Made by a program: the position numbers and the translations under genes
The notes under the pieces: model-generated
Database searches by the model: none
Told to the model about the DNA's origin: nothing
Seen by the model: only the letters and a program-made list of their open reading frames with translations
Source: a virus
Reading direction: 5' to 3' (one strand)
IMG/VR virus record: IMGVR_UViG_3300050144_000109
Location: 1-64,000 of that record
Length of the DNA stretch: 64,000 bases
In this document: piece after piece, positions 47,838 through 57,962 of the stretch
Position numbering within the stretch: position 1 is the stretch's first letter
Layout: every line of letters begins with the position of its first letter

Positions 47838-50312
47838 ATGAGAATAACGAAGATTGTCCTGGCTGGCTTTGAGCGATTCAAGACCAACGAAATCAAACAC
47901 TTTAGCCTAGAGATCAAGGAGCCTCTCCTGGTCATCCTGGGGTCTAATGGATCTGGAAAGACGAGTCTGCTCAGGCAACTGACGCCCTATCCTCCTCATC
48001 CATCCGAGTTTGAAAAGACAGGATCCAAAGAAATCTATATTACCCATAACAATAGCCAGTACGTTTTAAAATCTACATTCTCTTCAGGACAGAAGCACTT
48101 CTTCTCTGTAGACGGATTAGTCCTCAATGATTGGGGTACTGTCACAGTACAGAAAGAGCTGGTCTCAACGCACTTCAATGTGAATGCTTCTACCTTGGGT
48201 TTGACGCTTGGTGAAGAGCGTTTCAGCGCCATGAATACATCCAAAAGAAAAGAGTGGCTGGTGCACCTGTGTGAGACAGATTACCTCTACGCCATTCAGG
48301 TGTACAACAAACTCAGAGAAAAGCACAGAGACATCCAGGGTGCACTCAAGATTGCTCAGCGTAGACTCAATGCTGAAACACAAAAGCAACTGGGTACAGA
48401 AGAACAAGCCCTTCTACTGAACCAAGCCAACCTGCTCCACAACTGCCTGAATGATCTACTGGAAGAAAGAAAGCCAGTAGAGAGTGACACCCACACACTT
48501 GGCTTAGAGCAAGAAAAGCTATCCTCACAGATCCTCAGATTCAAGGACAAGCTCAATAAGTTAATGGAGGAAGTATCCAGATACCCTCGTTATACACAGC
48601 AGGGCATCTCCGATCTTTTGGCCAGAGTAGATACCAATACTTCTGCCTGTAGCGCTGTGCTTCAGACCTACTCCCAGCAGCACGCAACACTGGATGAGAA
48701 AGTCACAACACTTCAAAAAGCAGAAGAGCAGACCATCGATTCTCTTCAGCGGTCTATCTTCATGCTGAAGGGTACACAGTCCGCCAAACAAGCCAAGATG
48801 CTCTTCACGGAAGACGACTTCGACGCACAAACTGCACACGATGCCTTTACCAGTATCAAGTCCATTCTGATCGATATCTTTGCTGAGATTCCCTGTAATG
48901 TAGACAGGAAGTATTCCTCAGAGAAACTGAATGAAGCCAAGCAAACCCTACTCAAACTGCAGAACAACAGAAAACTCGTTGGTGCTGAACTTCAGTCTAC
49001 ACATGCAGCCAAGCTGCACATGGAGTCCCACCAATCAAAACCAAATGTGACTTGTGAAAAGTGCAACCACAGATTCAGTCTTCATTTTGATCAAGTCAAA
49101 CTAGACGGACTCAACACCCATTGCACCAATCTAAAGAATAGGCTAGAAGTCCTGGACGCTGAGACTGTTATACTGGAAGCCTATATCCAGCAGTGCAGCC
49201 AGTATGCAAACCTTTACCGACAGTACCACCAACTCACAACCTCTACAAAGACACTCTACCATTACTGGGACTACTTGAGTGCGAGAAGGGTTGTCACAGA
49301 CAAACCAGAGTCTGGAAACAATGCGCTCCTGGTCATTGATCGAGATCTGATACTGCAGATCAGTTACGCACAAGTACAAAAAGAAATCAAAGACAAAGAA
49401 GAACTCCTGCAGTCCATGAAGAAGGTAGGCTCCGGAGACCTCAAAGAACTCGTTACCCAGCGCTCTGAGCTAGAAAACCTGATCGGTATTCAAACCAACA
49501 GACTGGTCAGACTCGGCCAAAAGAAAGCAAAGTACACAATCCTGTCTAATCAGATCAAGCAGCTTGACAATGCAAACCAATACGTCAACAAGATCCTAGA
49601 GGAAAAAGACAAGCTTAATACCGAACAACAAGAAACCATTCGCAGACAGCACTTCAACCAAGCAGTCAAGGAACTGCAAAGTGCATTGGCATCCAAAGAA
49701 CACATCTTGAACCAGAACAAGATGCAGCAAGGTGTCATTAACCACATCCAATTGCAAATCTCAGAACTAGAAAAAGAAGAGAAAGCTTACACGCTGCTGG
49801 TCAAAGCACTTTCTGTGAGCGACGGTTTGATTGCAGAAGGACTCTTCGGATTCATCAATGAACTCATCACCAGAATGAACCACATTGTAGACCAAGTCTG
49901 GCAGTACCCAATGACCATCATGCCGTGCACACTGGACGGTGAGAATGTAGACTTAGACTACAAGTTCCCAGTCAAGATCTCTACCTCTGGCGCCATTAAA
50001 GACGTTGCTGACGGCTCTAAGGGCCAAGTAGACATGATGGACATGGCTTTCTTGATCACCGCCATGTCGTACATGGGGATGACAGACTCCGCATTGATTC
50101 TGGATGAGATGGGCTCCAGCTTCGATACAGAGCACAGAACCGCTTTGATCATCCTCATCAAGTCTCTGGTAGAGCAACAATCCTTCAATCAGATCTTCAT
50201 GGTCTCTCACGACTACCACCAGTGGTCAGCACTGAATGCACAAGTCATCAAGTTGGTCAACAGCACCGAGAAACTCCCTTCCAATTACAACGAACATGTA
50301 CAAATGCAGTAA
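47838..50312 (+). CDS. sbcC: SbcC/Rad50-like ATPase
   Basis: GSNGSGKT Walker A, coiled coils, CEKC hook, GSKGQ signature, LILDE Walker B, VSH. Confidence 0.9.
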   Translation: MRITKIVLAGFERFKTNEIKHFSLEIKEPLLVILGSNGSGKTSLLRQLTPYPPHPSEFEKTGSKEIYITHNNSQYVLKSTFSSGQKHFFSVDGLVLNDWGTVTVQKELVSTHFNVNASTLGLTLGEERFSAMNTSKRKEWLVHLCETDYLYAIQVYNKLREKHRDIQGALKIAQRRLNAETQKQLGTEEQALLLNQANLLHNCLNDLLEERKPVESDTHTLGLEQEKLSSQILRFKDKLNKLMEEVSRYPRYTQQGISDLLARVDTNTSACSAVLQTYSQQHATLDEKVTTLQKAEEQTIDSLQRSIFMLKGTQSAKQAKMLFTEDDFDAQTAHDAFTSIKSILIDIFAEIPCNVDRKYSSEKLNEAKQTLLKLQNNRKLVGAELQSTHAAKLHMESHQSKPNVTCEKCNHRFSLHFDQVKLDGLNTHCTNLKNRLEVLDAETVILEAYIQQCSQYANLYRQYHQLTTSTKTLYHYWDYLSARRVVTDKPESGNNALLVIDRDLILQISYAQVQKEIKDKEELLQSMKKVGSGDLKELVTQRSELENLIGIQTNRLVRLGQKKAKYTILSNQIKQLDNANQYVNKILEEKDKLNTEQQETIRRQHFNQAVKELQSALASKEHILNQNKMQQGVINHIQLQISELEKEEKAYTLLVKALSVSDGLIAEGLFGFINELITRMNHIVDQVWQYPMTIMPCTLDGENVDLDYKFPVKISTSGAIKDVADGSKGQVDMMDMAFLITAMSYMGMTDSALILDEMGSSFDTEHRTALIILIKSLVEQQSFNQIFMVSHDYHQWSALNAQVIKLVNSTEKLPSNYNEHVQMQ

Positions 50313-50328
50313 AAAATAAAGAGCACAA

Positions 50329-50369
50329 GCACTACACCGCCCAAGGAATTAACCTGGGCGGTGTAGTGT
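50329..50369. terminator. Bidirectional hairpin
   Basis: CACTACACCGCCCA / TGGGCGGTGTAGTG. Confidence 0.75.
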
Positions 50370-50379
50370 TATATGCTGT

Positions 50380-50751
50380 CTATACATAACTGACGGTAAA
50401 ATCAGTATCGTCGACTCTTCTCCAGATCTCTTTGATCTGAACGTGAGCGTGTTCGTCATTGAACCTCTTAGCGGCTTGATATGTAGACTCCCCGCGCTTA
50501 ATTGAAAACCATCCAGGTTGATGTGCAGTGGACTCATCGACAAAGGGTATCCCAGCAAAGAGTTTGATCTCCTTCATGGGACACTGCTTTGAAACCAATG
50601 CACACACCTTGGTCTTCCTGGTCTCACTCGTGTAGACCAGGAAGACATCCTTTTTGGCATGTCCCTTAGAGGACATGACCATGAACTTCTTCGTGCGCAG
50701 TGCTTGTGCCACTGCGCGAGGCGAGTTCGCGGTTGATGCTATTGTGTTCAT
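50380..50751 (-). CDS. Hypothetical protein
   Basis: Coupled to 50748-51017. Confidence 0.65.
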   Translation of the reverse strand: MNTIASTANSPRAVAQALRTKKFMVMSSKGHAKKDVFLVYTSETRKTKVCALVSKQCPMKEIKLFAGIPFVDESTAHQPGWFSIKRGESTYQAAKRFNDEHAHVQIKEIWRRVDDTDFTVSYV

Positions 50752-51017
50752 AGCATCGGGATACTAGTTCGCTCGAAACGAGCTTTGAATTTCTTGAGCA
50801 GGCGTTCAACGGGGATGTGCTCATTGAGCTCAGACCAGCGCTTGTAACGACCCTCACAGACTATCTTTTCCATGGGGGACTTCTGACTATGCGAAAAAGC
50901 GGTCATTCTTTCTGCAAAACGGGTTGGGCTTAAACTCAACCCTATTATGGTTACCTTACTGTTCTTCTCTCTGACCATGCTGATGTAAACTTGGCCAAGT
51001 GAATTGATTGCGGTCAT
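50748..51017 (-). CDS. Small protein with weak GIY-YIG/T5orf172-like N-terminus
   Basis: GQVYI...IIGLS..P.R; AAGGAG RBS. Confidence 0.55.
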   Translation of the reverse strand: MTAINSLGQVYISMVREKNSKVTIIGLSLSPTRFAERMTAFSHSQKSPMEKIVCEGRYKRWSELNEHIPVERLLKKFKARFERTSIPML

Positions 51018-51059
51018 GGTGAAACTCCTTGCCTTTATGGCATTGTGGTTGGGGAATGT

Positions 51060-51100
51060 CGACGACTGCTCTCCCGAAGAAGAGCAGAGAGTCGAGACTC
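51060..51100 (-). repeat. 41-bp exact repeat copy 2
   Basis: Identical to 36831-36871. Confidence 0.95.
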
Positions 51101-51142
51101 TATATTAGATCAAATGCTCAGGAGACAGCATTGTGACTGTGT

Positions 51143-51418
51143 TTAACCTTCTTCAGCTAAGATCCATCGTTCTCCAGAAAGAATTCTCAATGCCTTTTCT
51201 TTTGCACGATCGATGTAAAAGTCGTCTTCGTACACAGCGTCTTCTTCAGACCCTTTTTTCGGGGTGCTGATCTTCCCATCTTCCCTGACAAGAATTCTTC
51301 CCCAAGGTCCGGAGAAAGAAATTCCCTCTATTAGACACCGTGTACCTTCCCGTATTTCCGTAGTTCGCTCGTAACTGTACTTGTTGGCGGACTCGACAGG
51401 TTGCTGGTTTGTTTTCAT
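51143..51418 (-). CDS. Early hypothetical protein
   Basis: AAGGAG RBS; CAACCAC leader; promoter 51471-51500. Confidence 0.7.
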   Translation of the reverse strand: MKTNQQPVESANKYSYERTTEIREGTRCLIEGISFSGPWGRILVREDGKISTPKKGSEEDAVYEDDFYIDRAKEKALRILSGERWILAEEG

Positions 51419-51470
51419 GGTAATGCTCCTTGTGCTTTGCATAGTGGTTGAGAAATACTTCTTCTCTTTT

Positions 51471-51500
51471 ACTATATGTGACTATAAACAACTGCATTCA
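51471..51500 (-). promoter_or_regulatory. Putative early promoter
   Basis: Minus strand TGAATGCAGTTGTTTATAGTCACATATAGT. Confidence 0.55.
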
Positions 51501-53024
51501 GATCTTCTTACCAGTCATGTGCACAGCTTGTGACCGTGCTCTACCCTGGAAGAGTTCTACCTTATTGCGGTGGTATTCTACAGTCTTCTCGATGTTACTT
51601 GCTACGAAGTAATGCATCACAACGGGATGACCATCAGACAGTTCGCGCAGCCGCCCCATTGTTTGCACGTTGGACTGTTGACTGGCTACCATGTTGGTCA
51701 TGACCACATTGGTGAGGTCGGGAATGTCAATGGCCGTACCCAAGCTACCCAGAGTCGATACACAAATGTCACAGGTGTAGATGTTCTCGTCAGGATCCCC
51801 ACTGACCTTGCGTTTGATCCGGTAGTCAGGGAATACCTTTTTCAGGTAAGCCAAGATCAAGTCTACCATCTCAGTGGTATAAGCGTACACCACCGCTACT
51901 TTCTTCTTCCTCTCCACCCGGTCATAACCAAACTTGACAATCTCTGCAATCATCTCCAGGTAATTCTTACAGATTTTCCCTCTGGCCATGATAGATTCTT
52001 CAAACGCATTGTTACTGAACGTGGTTGCACCACGCTCCATCGTGCGAATGAATTCTGGATTCTCAAAGTCATAGTAGACGGCTATGACATCAATATACTT
52101 CTTCAGTGCAAGCTCTTTTGCCCTGCTCTCAGGCGGAAACATGACACGGTACATCTTCGAGATGAACGGATCCGCATTGAACAGTGTGGCAGACAAACTG
52201 ATAGAAGACTTCACATGGGTGTACAAATCCATCTTGAAACACAAATGGAAATGCATGTGGACTTCATCAATGACGCGTTCACTGGACTTCAAGTGCCGGT
52301 GCAAGTCATGCGGCACACACGCCCAACCCATCTCCAGCGTGTCTTTGCCAAAGAACTCATACTCTTTGATCCAGTTCTGAACTGTGGTATTAGAGATGAT
52401 GGCGCACTTGAATTCAAACGAATCATCAGCTCCTTTGACCAATAATGCTTTCAGCTCCTCACTGCCTCGCACAGTCAGAATGTCTTCTCGCTTTAAGTTG
52501 GTCGTCTTCAGCAGATCATCCACCCACTTCTGAATGAACATGGGTTTGACAATGACCAAGAAACGTTTCTTCTTGTTGACCAGTGCTTGCATAGAGGTAG
52601 CGCCCTTGCCCTGACCCGTCTGCATGCTCAGCAGCTTAGACACAGGCTTCTCGGCAGTGCAATAATCAGAAAAAGGGATCTGATGGTCTCGCATGACCCA
52701 GCCTTTCTTCATCTCTATCTCAATGTCTTTGCCTTCAAACTCACTTTCTTTTTCCATCTGAATGAAGTTAGGGTGGATGTTGACACGTTTTGTCGTCTCC
52801 AGGAATTCATTCAAGCAGTTGATGTGAAACCGAAACTCAGTATTGTCCTTGTTACTGGCAGCATATACCTTGGTCTTGACTCTTACCATCCGACCACGTT
52901 CAGGCTTGAAGCCCCATTGCACCATTTGGTTAGAGTAAATGAAACAAGCGTTCCTTGCTACGTGGTTGAGTCTGTCCACACGAAAATAGTGCGAACAAAC
53001 AGTGATGCGCATGTATGCAGCCAT
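51498..53024 (-). CDS. Superfamily 2 helicase (phiKZ gp75-like)
   Basis: QTGQGKG, IDEVH, SAT, GTAIDIPDL, QTMGRLR. Confidence 0.9.
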   Translation of the reverse strand: MAAYMRITVCSHYFRVDRLNHVARNACFIYSNQMVQWGFKPERGRMVRVKTKVYAASNKDNTEFRFHINCLNEFLETTKRVNIHPNFIQMEKESEFEGKDIEIEMKKGWVMRDHQIPFSDYCTAEKPVSKLLSMQTGQGKGATSMQALVNKKKRFLVIVKPMFIQKWVDDLLKTTNLKREDILTVRGSEELKALLVKGADDSFEFKCAIISNTTVQNWIKEYEFFGKDTLEMGWACVPHDLHRHLKSSERVIDEVHMHFHLCFKMDLYTHVKSSISLSATLFNADPFISKMYRVMFPPESRAKELALKKYIDVIAVYYDFENPEFIRTMERGATTFSNNAFEESIMARGKICKNYLEMIAEIVKFGYDRVERKKKVAVVYAYTTEMVDLILAYLKKVFPDYRIKRKVSGDPDENIYTCDICVSTLGSLGTAIDIPDLTNVVMTNMVASQQSNVQTMGRLRELSDGHPVVMHYFVASNIEKTVEYHRNKVELFQGRARSQAVHMTGKKI

Positions 53025-53148
53025 CGTGTACTTTCGATATCAAAAGGTCTTGATGAACTACCCTTGACCTCACTGGTCCAGAGTAGCATAAAGAACACAA
53101 GTGCGTATTTCTTCAATAGATGGGTCACTTCAATCATATTTCCCCAGC

Positions 53149-53200
53149 CATAAGTACCTATACCGTCGTACCCATTCCTAGGGCCGACGGTATAGGTACT
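53149..53200 (-). terminator. Hairpin plus TTATG
   Basis: AGTACCTATACCGTCG / CGACGGTATAGGTACT. Confidence 0.75.
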
Positions 53201-53504
53201 AGCTCTGAAGCTTACTTTTGATCTGCGCACTTCTATCCGTTTTGTTCGGGTTGTGTTCGATAGCAGTAGAACCACTTCCATACACCACCGTGCACTTGGC
53301 AAAAATCAAATTGACCAATTCTTCCAACTTGTTCCTCTCTGTAGCATTGTCTAGTTTAGCACGCATGATACCAATCATGTCTTCACGCTCACCGTCTTGT
53401 ACAGAAGCAATGGCTTTCTCTAGCCGGTCAATCTCCTCCAGTGTGGTAATAGGTCCCTTGACTTGGGTGATGAGTTTGGTCAAGTCAGCAGCTGACAACG
53501 GCAT
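53199..53504 (-). CDS. Hypothetical protein
   Basis: Start MPLSAAD with GAGG RBS. Confidence 0.65.
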   Translation of the reverse strand: MPLSAADLTKLITQVKGPITTLEEIDRLEKAIASVQDGEREDMIGIMRAKLDNATERNKLEELVNLIFAKCTVVYGSGSTAIEHNPNKTDRSAQIKSKLQS

Positions 53505-53614
53505 GGTAATTAATCCCTCTATAAAAAGAAAACAAGAAAGGGCAGTGAGTTCCAGCAAGACTTTCTGCTAAAACCCACCACCCCCATCCATTCAAATATG
53601 ACTCAATGGATGTG

Positions 53615-55612
53615 TTACTTTCTATGCGATGGATGCGGTGTGGTGCTGTACTTGTAGGCAGACACTTTCCCAGGCATCAGCAACCAATCAAACGGATGGT
53701 CTGGTCGGTTGGTAAGTAGCGCCTGCTCAGAGTTGGTGAGCACTTGCTTGTGTCCTTGGAATGCCATCAGCGCCGACATGCTGCGACCGTTGTACATCTG
53801 CCGCAACGTTCCCTTGCTCATGTTCTCATCCCAAGCTTTCGGGATTCTGAAGTTCTTGGTCTCAGCATCACTGACCATGTTTGCCAACAACACCACTTCC
53901 AGGATAGCCAAGTTCACATTCAGCTTCTTGTTGACAAGGTGGTGGAAGTCAGCCAGCATCACGTCGATGCTTTCCTGCGCATACTTCTCATCACGGTCTT
54001 CTTTTTCCAAGAAGTTCTCGATGTCTTGCTGGTGGTCAGACATGTTGAAGTGACGAATAGGCAGGCTCATCATGGGCTGGGTGTAGTCCCAGTCTTTCAT
54101 GTCCACCAAGAACTGCCCCTGGTTGCTGATGGTCCATCCATTCTTTCGGATGTAGTCCAGCAATTCATGCGTCATGTTGGCTTGGCGCTTGTTCAGTGTC
54201 AGATGCAGGTTGACCGCTTCTTCTACTCCTTTCCTGTCCAAGCACACGATCAACAAGTTCTCAAACACGCCGATGCGCACAGGGTCCAGCTTTCTGACAT
54301 CATCAACCTTCATCAAGTCAGTCAGACTCGGTGCTTGCTCTGGCTTGATGACCAGCTGCAAAGAAGTAAACCGCTTATTGCTCTGGTTCAAGAAGTAAAT
54401 ACTACCTCCCTCTTCAGCCCACAGGTATTTGGCTTCCTTGCCATCCAAGCTGATGCCTTCCACCACAGACGATCCGTCGTAATGTTTGGTAGACAGCACA
54501 TTCTGAGACACTTTCTGCATCTCTGAGACACAGCAATGATGACCAATGTTGGTTCCTGGCAAGATCGTGTCTGCCAAAGCACCAAAGCAAACCCCACAAA
54601 TCCCATAAGGATCAGGGTGCCTACAGCCACCCACCACACTGCGCATCATGATGTTGGTGCCAATCAGCTCTTTGCTGTCAGCAGTCACCACCTTCAACCC
54701 ATCCGACAAGTCATCCCAGTAATACTTCCCAAGGATGGTGTTCAGGCTGGTCACAAACCACTTGATGTATTTCCTAGACCCACAGTCACCCAAGTGCAAG
54801 TTGCGAACGTTCATGCAGATGAGCTGCTGTCGCCGTGAGAAGTACTCACTCTTTTGAAGTGGACTCTCAGAGAACTTCAATGCCTTGGCAGCACTGCGAG
54901 ACTCCATGGCCATGTCAGCAGCCGTTCGAATCCCTTTGGTGAAGTTGGTCAGGATGGGTCTTGGGAACACAGCCGAGTTGATGTCGGTCAAGTACCCCCG
55001 AATCACACAGCACTGCAAGAGCTGTTCCACACGCACCACACCCGCATTGGTAGCCTGCACCAGTGGATTAGCTGCTAGTGCAGGGTCAGACCTGATCGCC
55101 TCTTTAGCGACCTTGTAGACACCGTCAATGCCCTCCTGGGTAGGGAACATCTCCGAAATAGCTTTGACAATCCCCTCATGCTTGGTGATCTGAATGAAAT
55201 CCAAAATGTCAAACGACGTGACAAATTCCTCCAGTTCCTCAGAGAAGTCGCAGTACATGTTGTTGGCAATGATGTATCCCAATCGTGCCAAATCCACCAA
55301 CAGCGATTGCGTGTTCTTCACCTCGAACTTGTACGTGTCATACACATCGAACAAGACATTTCGAATCAAATTCAGATGTGTCTTTGATCCAATCATCCCA
55401 TTCTTGATCACACTGCGCAGAAAGTGTGATTTCAACAACGGTGTCTTCGGATACTTCCTGTGGAACTCCCAAGCATAGTGAGAGAAGATCACATCCTTCT
55501 CATTACTTTCCATTACGCCATCTTCAAACTCAATGAGGAAGTCTGCGTTCAGACGACCCCAAATGGTCTTGATGGGCAGCTTGACAAACTTTCTAGCTTG
55601 AACAGTAATCAA
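53615..55612 (-). CDS. Non-virion RNA polymerase beta' C-terminal subunit (phiKZ gp74-like)
   Basis: ESRSAAKAL...SEYFSRR bridge helix; DCGS; C..C.G zinc site; SQNVLSTKH trigger loop. Confidence 0.9.
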   Translation of the reverse strand: MITVQARKFVKLPIKTIWGRLNADFLIEFEDGVMESNEKDVIFSHYAWEFHRKYPKTPLLKSHFLRSVIKNGMIGSKTHLNLIRNVLFDVYDTYKFEVKNTQSLLVDLARLGYIIANNMYCDFSEELEEFVTSFDILDFIQITKHEGIVKAISEMFPTQEGIDGVYKVAKEAIRSDPALAANPLVQATNAGVVRVEQLLQCCVIRGYLTDINSAVFPRPILTNFTKGIRTAADMAMESRSAAKALKFSESPLQKSEYFSRRQQLICMNVRNLHLGDCGSRKYIKWFVTSLNTILGKYYWDDLSDGLKVVTADSKELIGTNIMMRSVVGGCRHPDPYGICGVCFGALADTILPGTNIGHHCCVSEMQKVSQNVLSTKHYDGSSVVEGISLDGKEAKYLWAEEGGSIYFLNQSNKRFTSLQLVIKPEQAPSLTDLMKVDDVRKLDPVRIGVFENLLIVCLDRKGVEEAVNLHLTLNKRQANMTHELLDYIRKNGWTISNQGQFLVDMKDWDYTQPMMSLPIRHFNMSDHQQDIENFLEKEDRDEKYAQESIDVMLADFHHLVNKKLNVNLAILEVVLLANMVSDAETKNFRIPKAWDENMSKGTLRQMYNGRSMSALMAFQGHKQVLTNSEQALLTNRPDHPFDWLLMPGKVSAYKYSTTPHPSHRK

Positions 55613-55627
55613 GATATCTCCTTGTCT

Positions 55628-57796
55628 TTACTTGGCAACGTAAGGGCTGAACTCAAACTTCCATCCGGCACACTCAGCCATGTGGTTGATGAATTGCATC
55701 GGGCGACTACTGCCCAGTGGGTGCTCCACCCGGTCGATGTTGTAGTCGATGTTGCTTGGCTTGTCAGCAGTCAGGATACTCAGACACACCAACGCATGTG
55801 ACGCTGGCGAGTTGTTTCTGTCAATCACTTCAGCTGCAAACTCCCCTTCATCACAGTTGGCTGCCAGGATACGAATACCTGCTTCGTCAGTACCCCGGAT
55901 AGGATTCTTTCGAGCAGCATCTGCATACTTGCCTTCCTTGGTGATCTGTGCAGGAACGCCGTGTACCTGTGAACGCGGACTGGCCACAGAGTTACCGTCC
56001 CGACCGTCCTTCTCCAGCACCAGGATGTGAAGCTTTCCGAGACGCACTGCTTGTCGCGTAGTGCGATGCTTCCCTGAATTCCCCACATATTGCACAGGTG
56101 CGTAGTTGGGCTTATAGATACTTTCCTCCAAATCGCTCACGACATCCATCAATCCCTTCTGAGCATCTGTAGGCATCCAAAGCGTGATGCCGTGCGACAG
56201 AATGGTCGTCATGTACTTGATTCGATCAGCACCCACTTCCCCAGATTCAATCAATTCACTGACCTCTGGAGTTGCGATCTTGTACATGCCATACAGGTGC
56301 CCAAACAAGGACTCGATACTTTCCTTTGGCAAGCCCAGCAAATGCTGGCGCACATCCTTTTCCCGCATGTTCTTGTGAATGCCTGCCATTTGACAGAGTT
56401 GTTGATGAACAGTATCTGCCATGTCGGTGAGGTACGGCTCGTAAGCACGACCGAGATTCATCCGTGCCAATGTTCCGTTCGGGTCGACAATGATTTCGGC
56501 AACGTGACCGTACTCGTCTTTGGGCATTTCTTCATGCTTCTTGATTTCACAGATAACGCCTTTGCCTCCGTGCAGATCAGTTAGCTTCGATCCAAGGTTT
56601 GCTTGAATCTCATACTCGATGACAAACTCAATCTGAAACAAATCAATCAGCTGCTGCCGGTGGATCAGCTTGACTTTCTGTGCAGGCCGAACATCCCCAC
56701 TACTTCGATTACCGCGTGACTCCCCCACCACAGAAATCGCAGTGACCACTAGAGAAGAGAACTCAGGAGTCAGTCGCAGTGCAGCACCAAAGCGCTTGTT
56801 CAGATCCTTGTGGATACCCAGCACCCGCTCCAAGAACTTCTTTCGTGCGGTGTAATACTTCAGTGCCTGCTTGTCAATGACAGGGGACTTTGAAGTTGCA
56901 TTGATGTCATGGTGAACGATGATGTCAATCACACGGCCACCAGGACCGTCTGCATAGACCTTCTTGTCAAACATGTAGTCTACAGTCTGACAGTCCTTGT
57001 ATGACATCATGACAGGGGCCAGAATGGCAGGCTCATAAGGACGCAAAGCCATCAACAGACCATCGCTGCGAATCGTGTCTCCAATGTCCGGGAATGGTTT
57101 GTAGATGTCATCGTTGCCATACAGGTTCAATGCGAAGTGGTCCTTTCCATAACCAACAGTTCGGGTCTGGTAGGTGTTGTAGCGGAACTTCTTGATGGCT
57201 TGGTCACTCACCACGATCGCATCTTCAGCACCACCGGGCGCTGTGATGAATGCTGTGATGCACTCAGTCCCCAATCGGTAATCCCCCTGATCACTCACAT
57301 TGGGAGAGTCCAGAAACACTGTGTCCTTGGGGATGAAAGCTCCCTTACGGATCATCGTGTGTCCAGCACCCGGTTTGTATTGGAATCCAAAGTACGTGTG
57401 CTTGGAGCAGTAACTTCGCAGAGAGATCATGCCAATCTCCCGCGTATCCCTGTCCTCATAGATCAACACCGTCTCAGGGTTCAGTCGAATGGAATCATAT
57501 CCAATCCCAGATTCATCGTAACGACTCAGTACCTCCAGAATCAGAATGTTGCCAGGTGCACGTTCTCCCAGTGTGTACTTCCTGAACTCAGACTCCACCC
57601 CCGTTTGAATGATCTTGTTGGAAGCCCCTTTGATGACCAGTGCTTGCCCCAATTGAGAAGCCGTCATCTGTGCCCGAGACGAGCTGTCGTGCGCTACAGA
57701 GAAGCTCAGTCCGTTGACAGACAGGATCCGAGGATCCAGCTGTGACTGGTCCGCTGGCGCTAATTCAATGCTTTCTTTCGTGTATGCTTTCACCAT
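55628..57796 (-). CDS. Non-virion RNA polymerase beta C-terminal subunit (phiKZ gp71-73-like)
   Basis: DSSSRAQM..SQL.QAL, EDAIVVS, GSKLTDLHGGKGVI, DP.....RMNLG..YE. Confidence 0.92.
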   Translation of the reverse strand: MVKAYTKESIELAPADQSQLDPRILSVNGLSFSVAHDSSSRAQMTASQLGQALVIKGASNKIIQTGVESEFRKYTLGERAPGNILILEVLSRYDESGIGYDSIRLNPETVLIYEDRDTREIGMISLRSYCSKHTYFGFQYKPGAGHTMIRKGAFIPKDTVFLDSPNVSDQGDYRLGTECITAFITAPGGAEDAIVVSDQAIKKFRYNTYQTRTVGYGKDHFALNLYGNDDIYKPFPDIGDTIRSDGLLMALRPYEPAILAPVMMSYKDCQTVDYMFDKKVYADGPGGRVIDIIVHHDINATSKSPVIDKQALKYYTARKKFLERVLGIHKDLNKRFGAALRLTPEFSSLVVTAISVVGESRGNRSSGDVRPAQKVKLIHRQQLIDLFQIEFVIEYEIQANLGSKLTDLHGGKGVICEIKKHEEMPKDEYGHVAEIIVDPNGTLARMNLGRAYEPYLTDMADTVHQQLCQMAGIHKNMREKDVRQHLLGLPKESIESLFGHLYGMYKIATPEVSELIESGEVGADRIKYMTTILSHGITLWMPTDAQKGLMDVVSDLEESIYKPNYAPVQYVGNSGKHRTTRQAVRLGKLHILVLEKDGRDGNSVASPRSQVHGVPAQITKEGKYADAARKNPIRGTDEAGIRILAANCDEGEFAAEVIDRNNSPASHALVCLSILTADKPSNIDYNIDRVEHPLGSSRPMQFINHMAECAGWKFEFSPYVAK

Positions 57797-57920
57797 GATT
57801 CTTATTTCCTTGGTATTGTTCACTCATCAGGTTAGACACGTACTCCGACAACCGTTGGGTAGTGGGAGTACGAAGGCAAGCAGACACCAAACTGTGTTTT
57901 CACTATTGGTATCTCAAATC

Positions 57921-57950
57921 AATAATGTGTGGTTATGTTTTTTTCGAATG
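57921..57950 (-). promoter_or_regulatory. Putative early promoter variant for nvRNAP genes
   Basis: Minus strand ACACATTATTGA, shared with 62911-62940. Confidence 0.5.
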
Positions 57951-57962
57951 AGGAATCGCAGC

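Noticed and set aside
51570-52445. Long antisense ORFs (also 13959-14663, 38785-39543, 53744-54526, 60057-60809 and others)
   Set aside because: Shadows of codon-biased genes on the opposite strand, with no RBS or motifs
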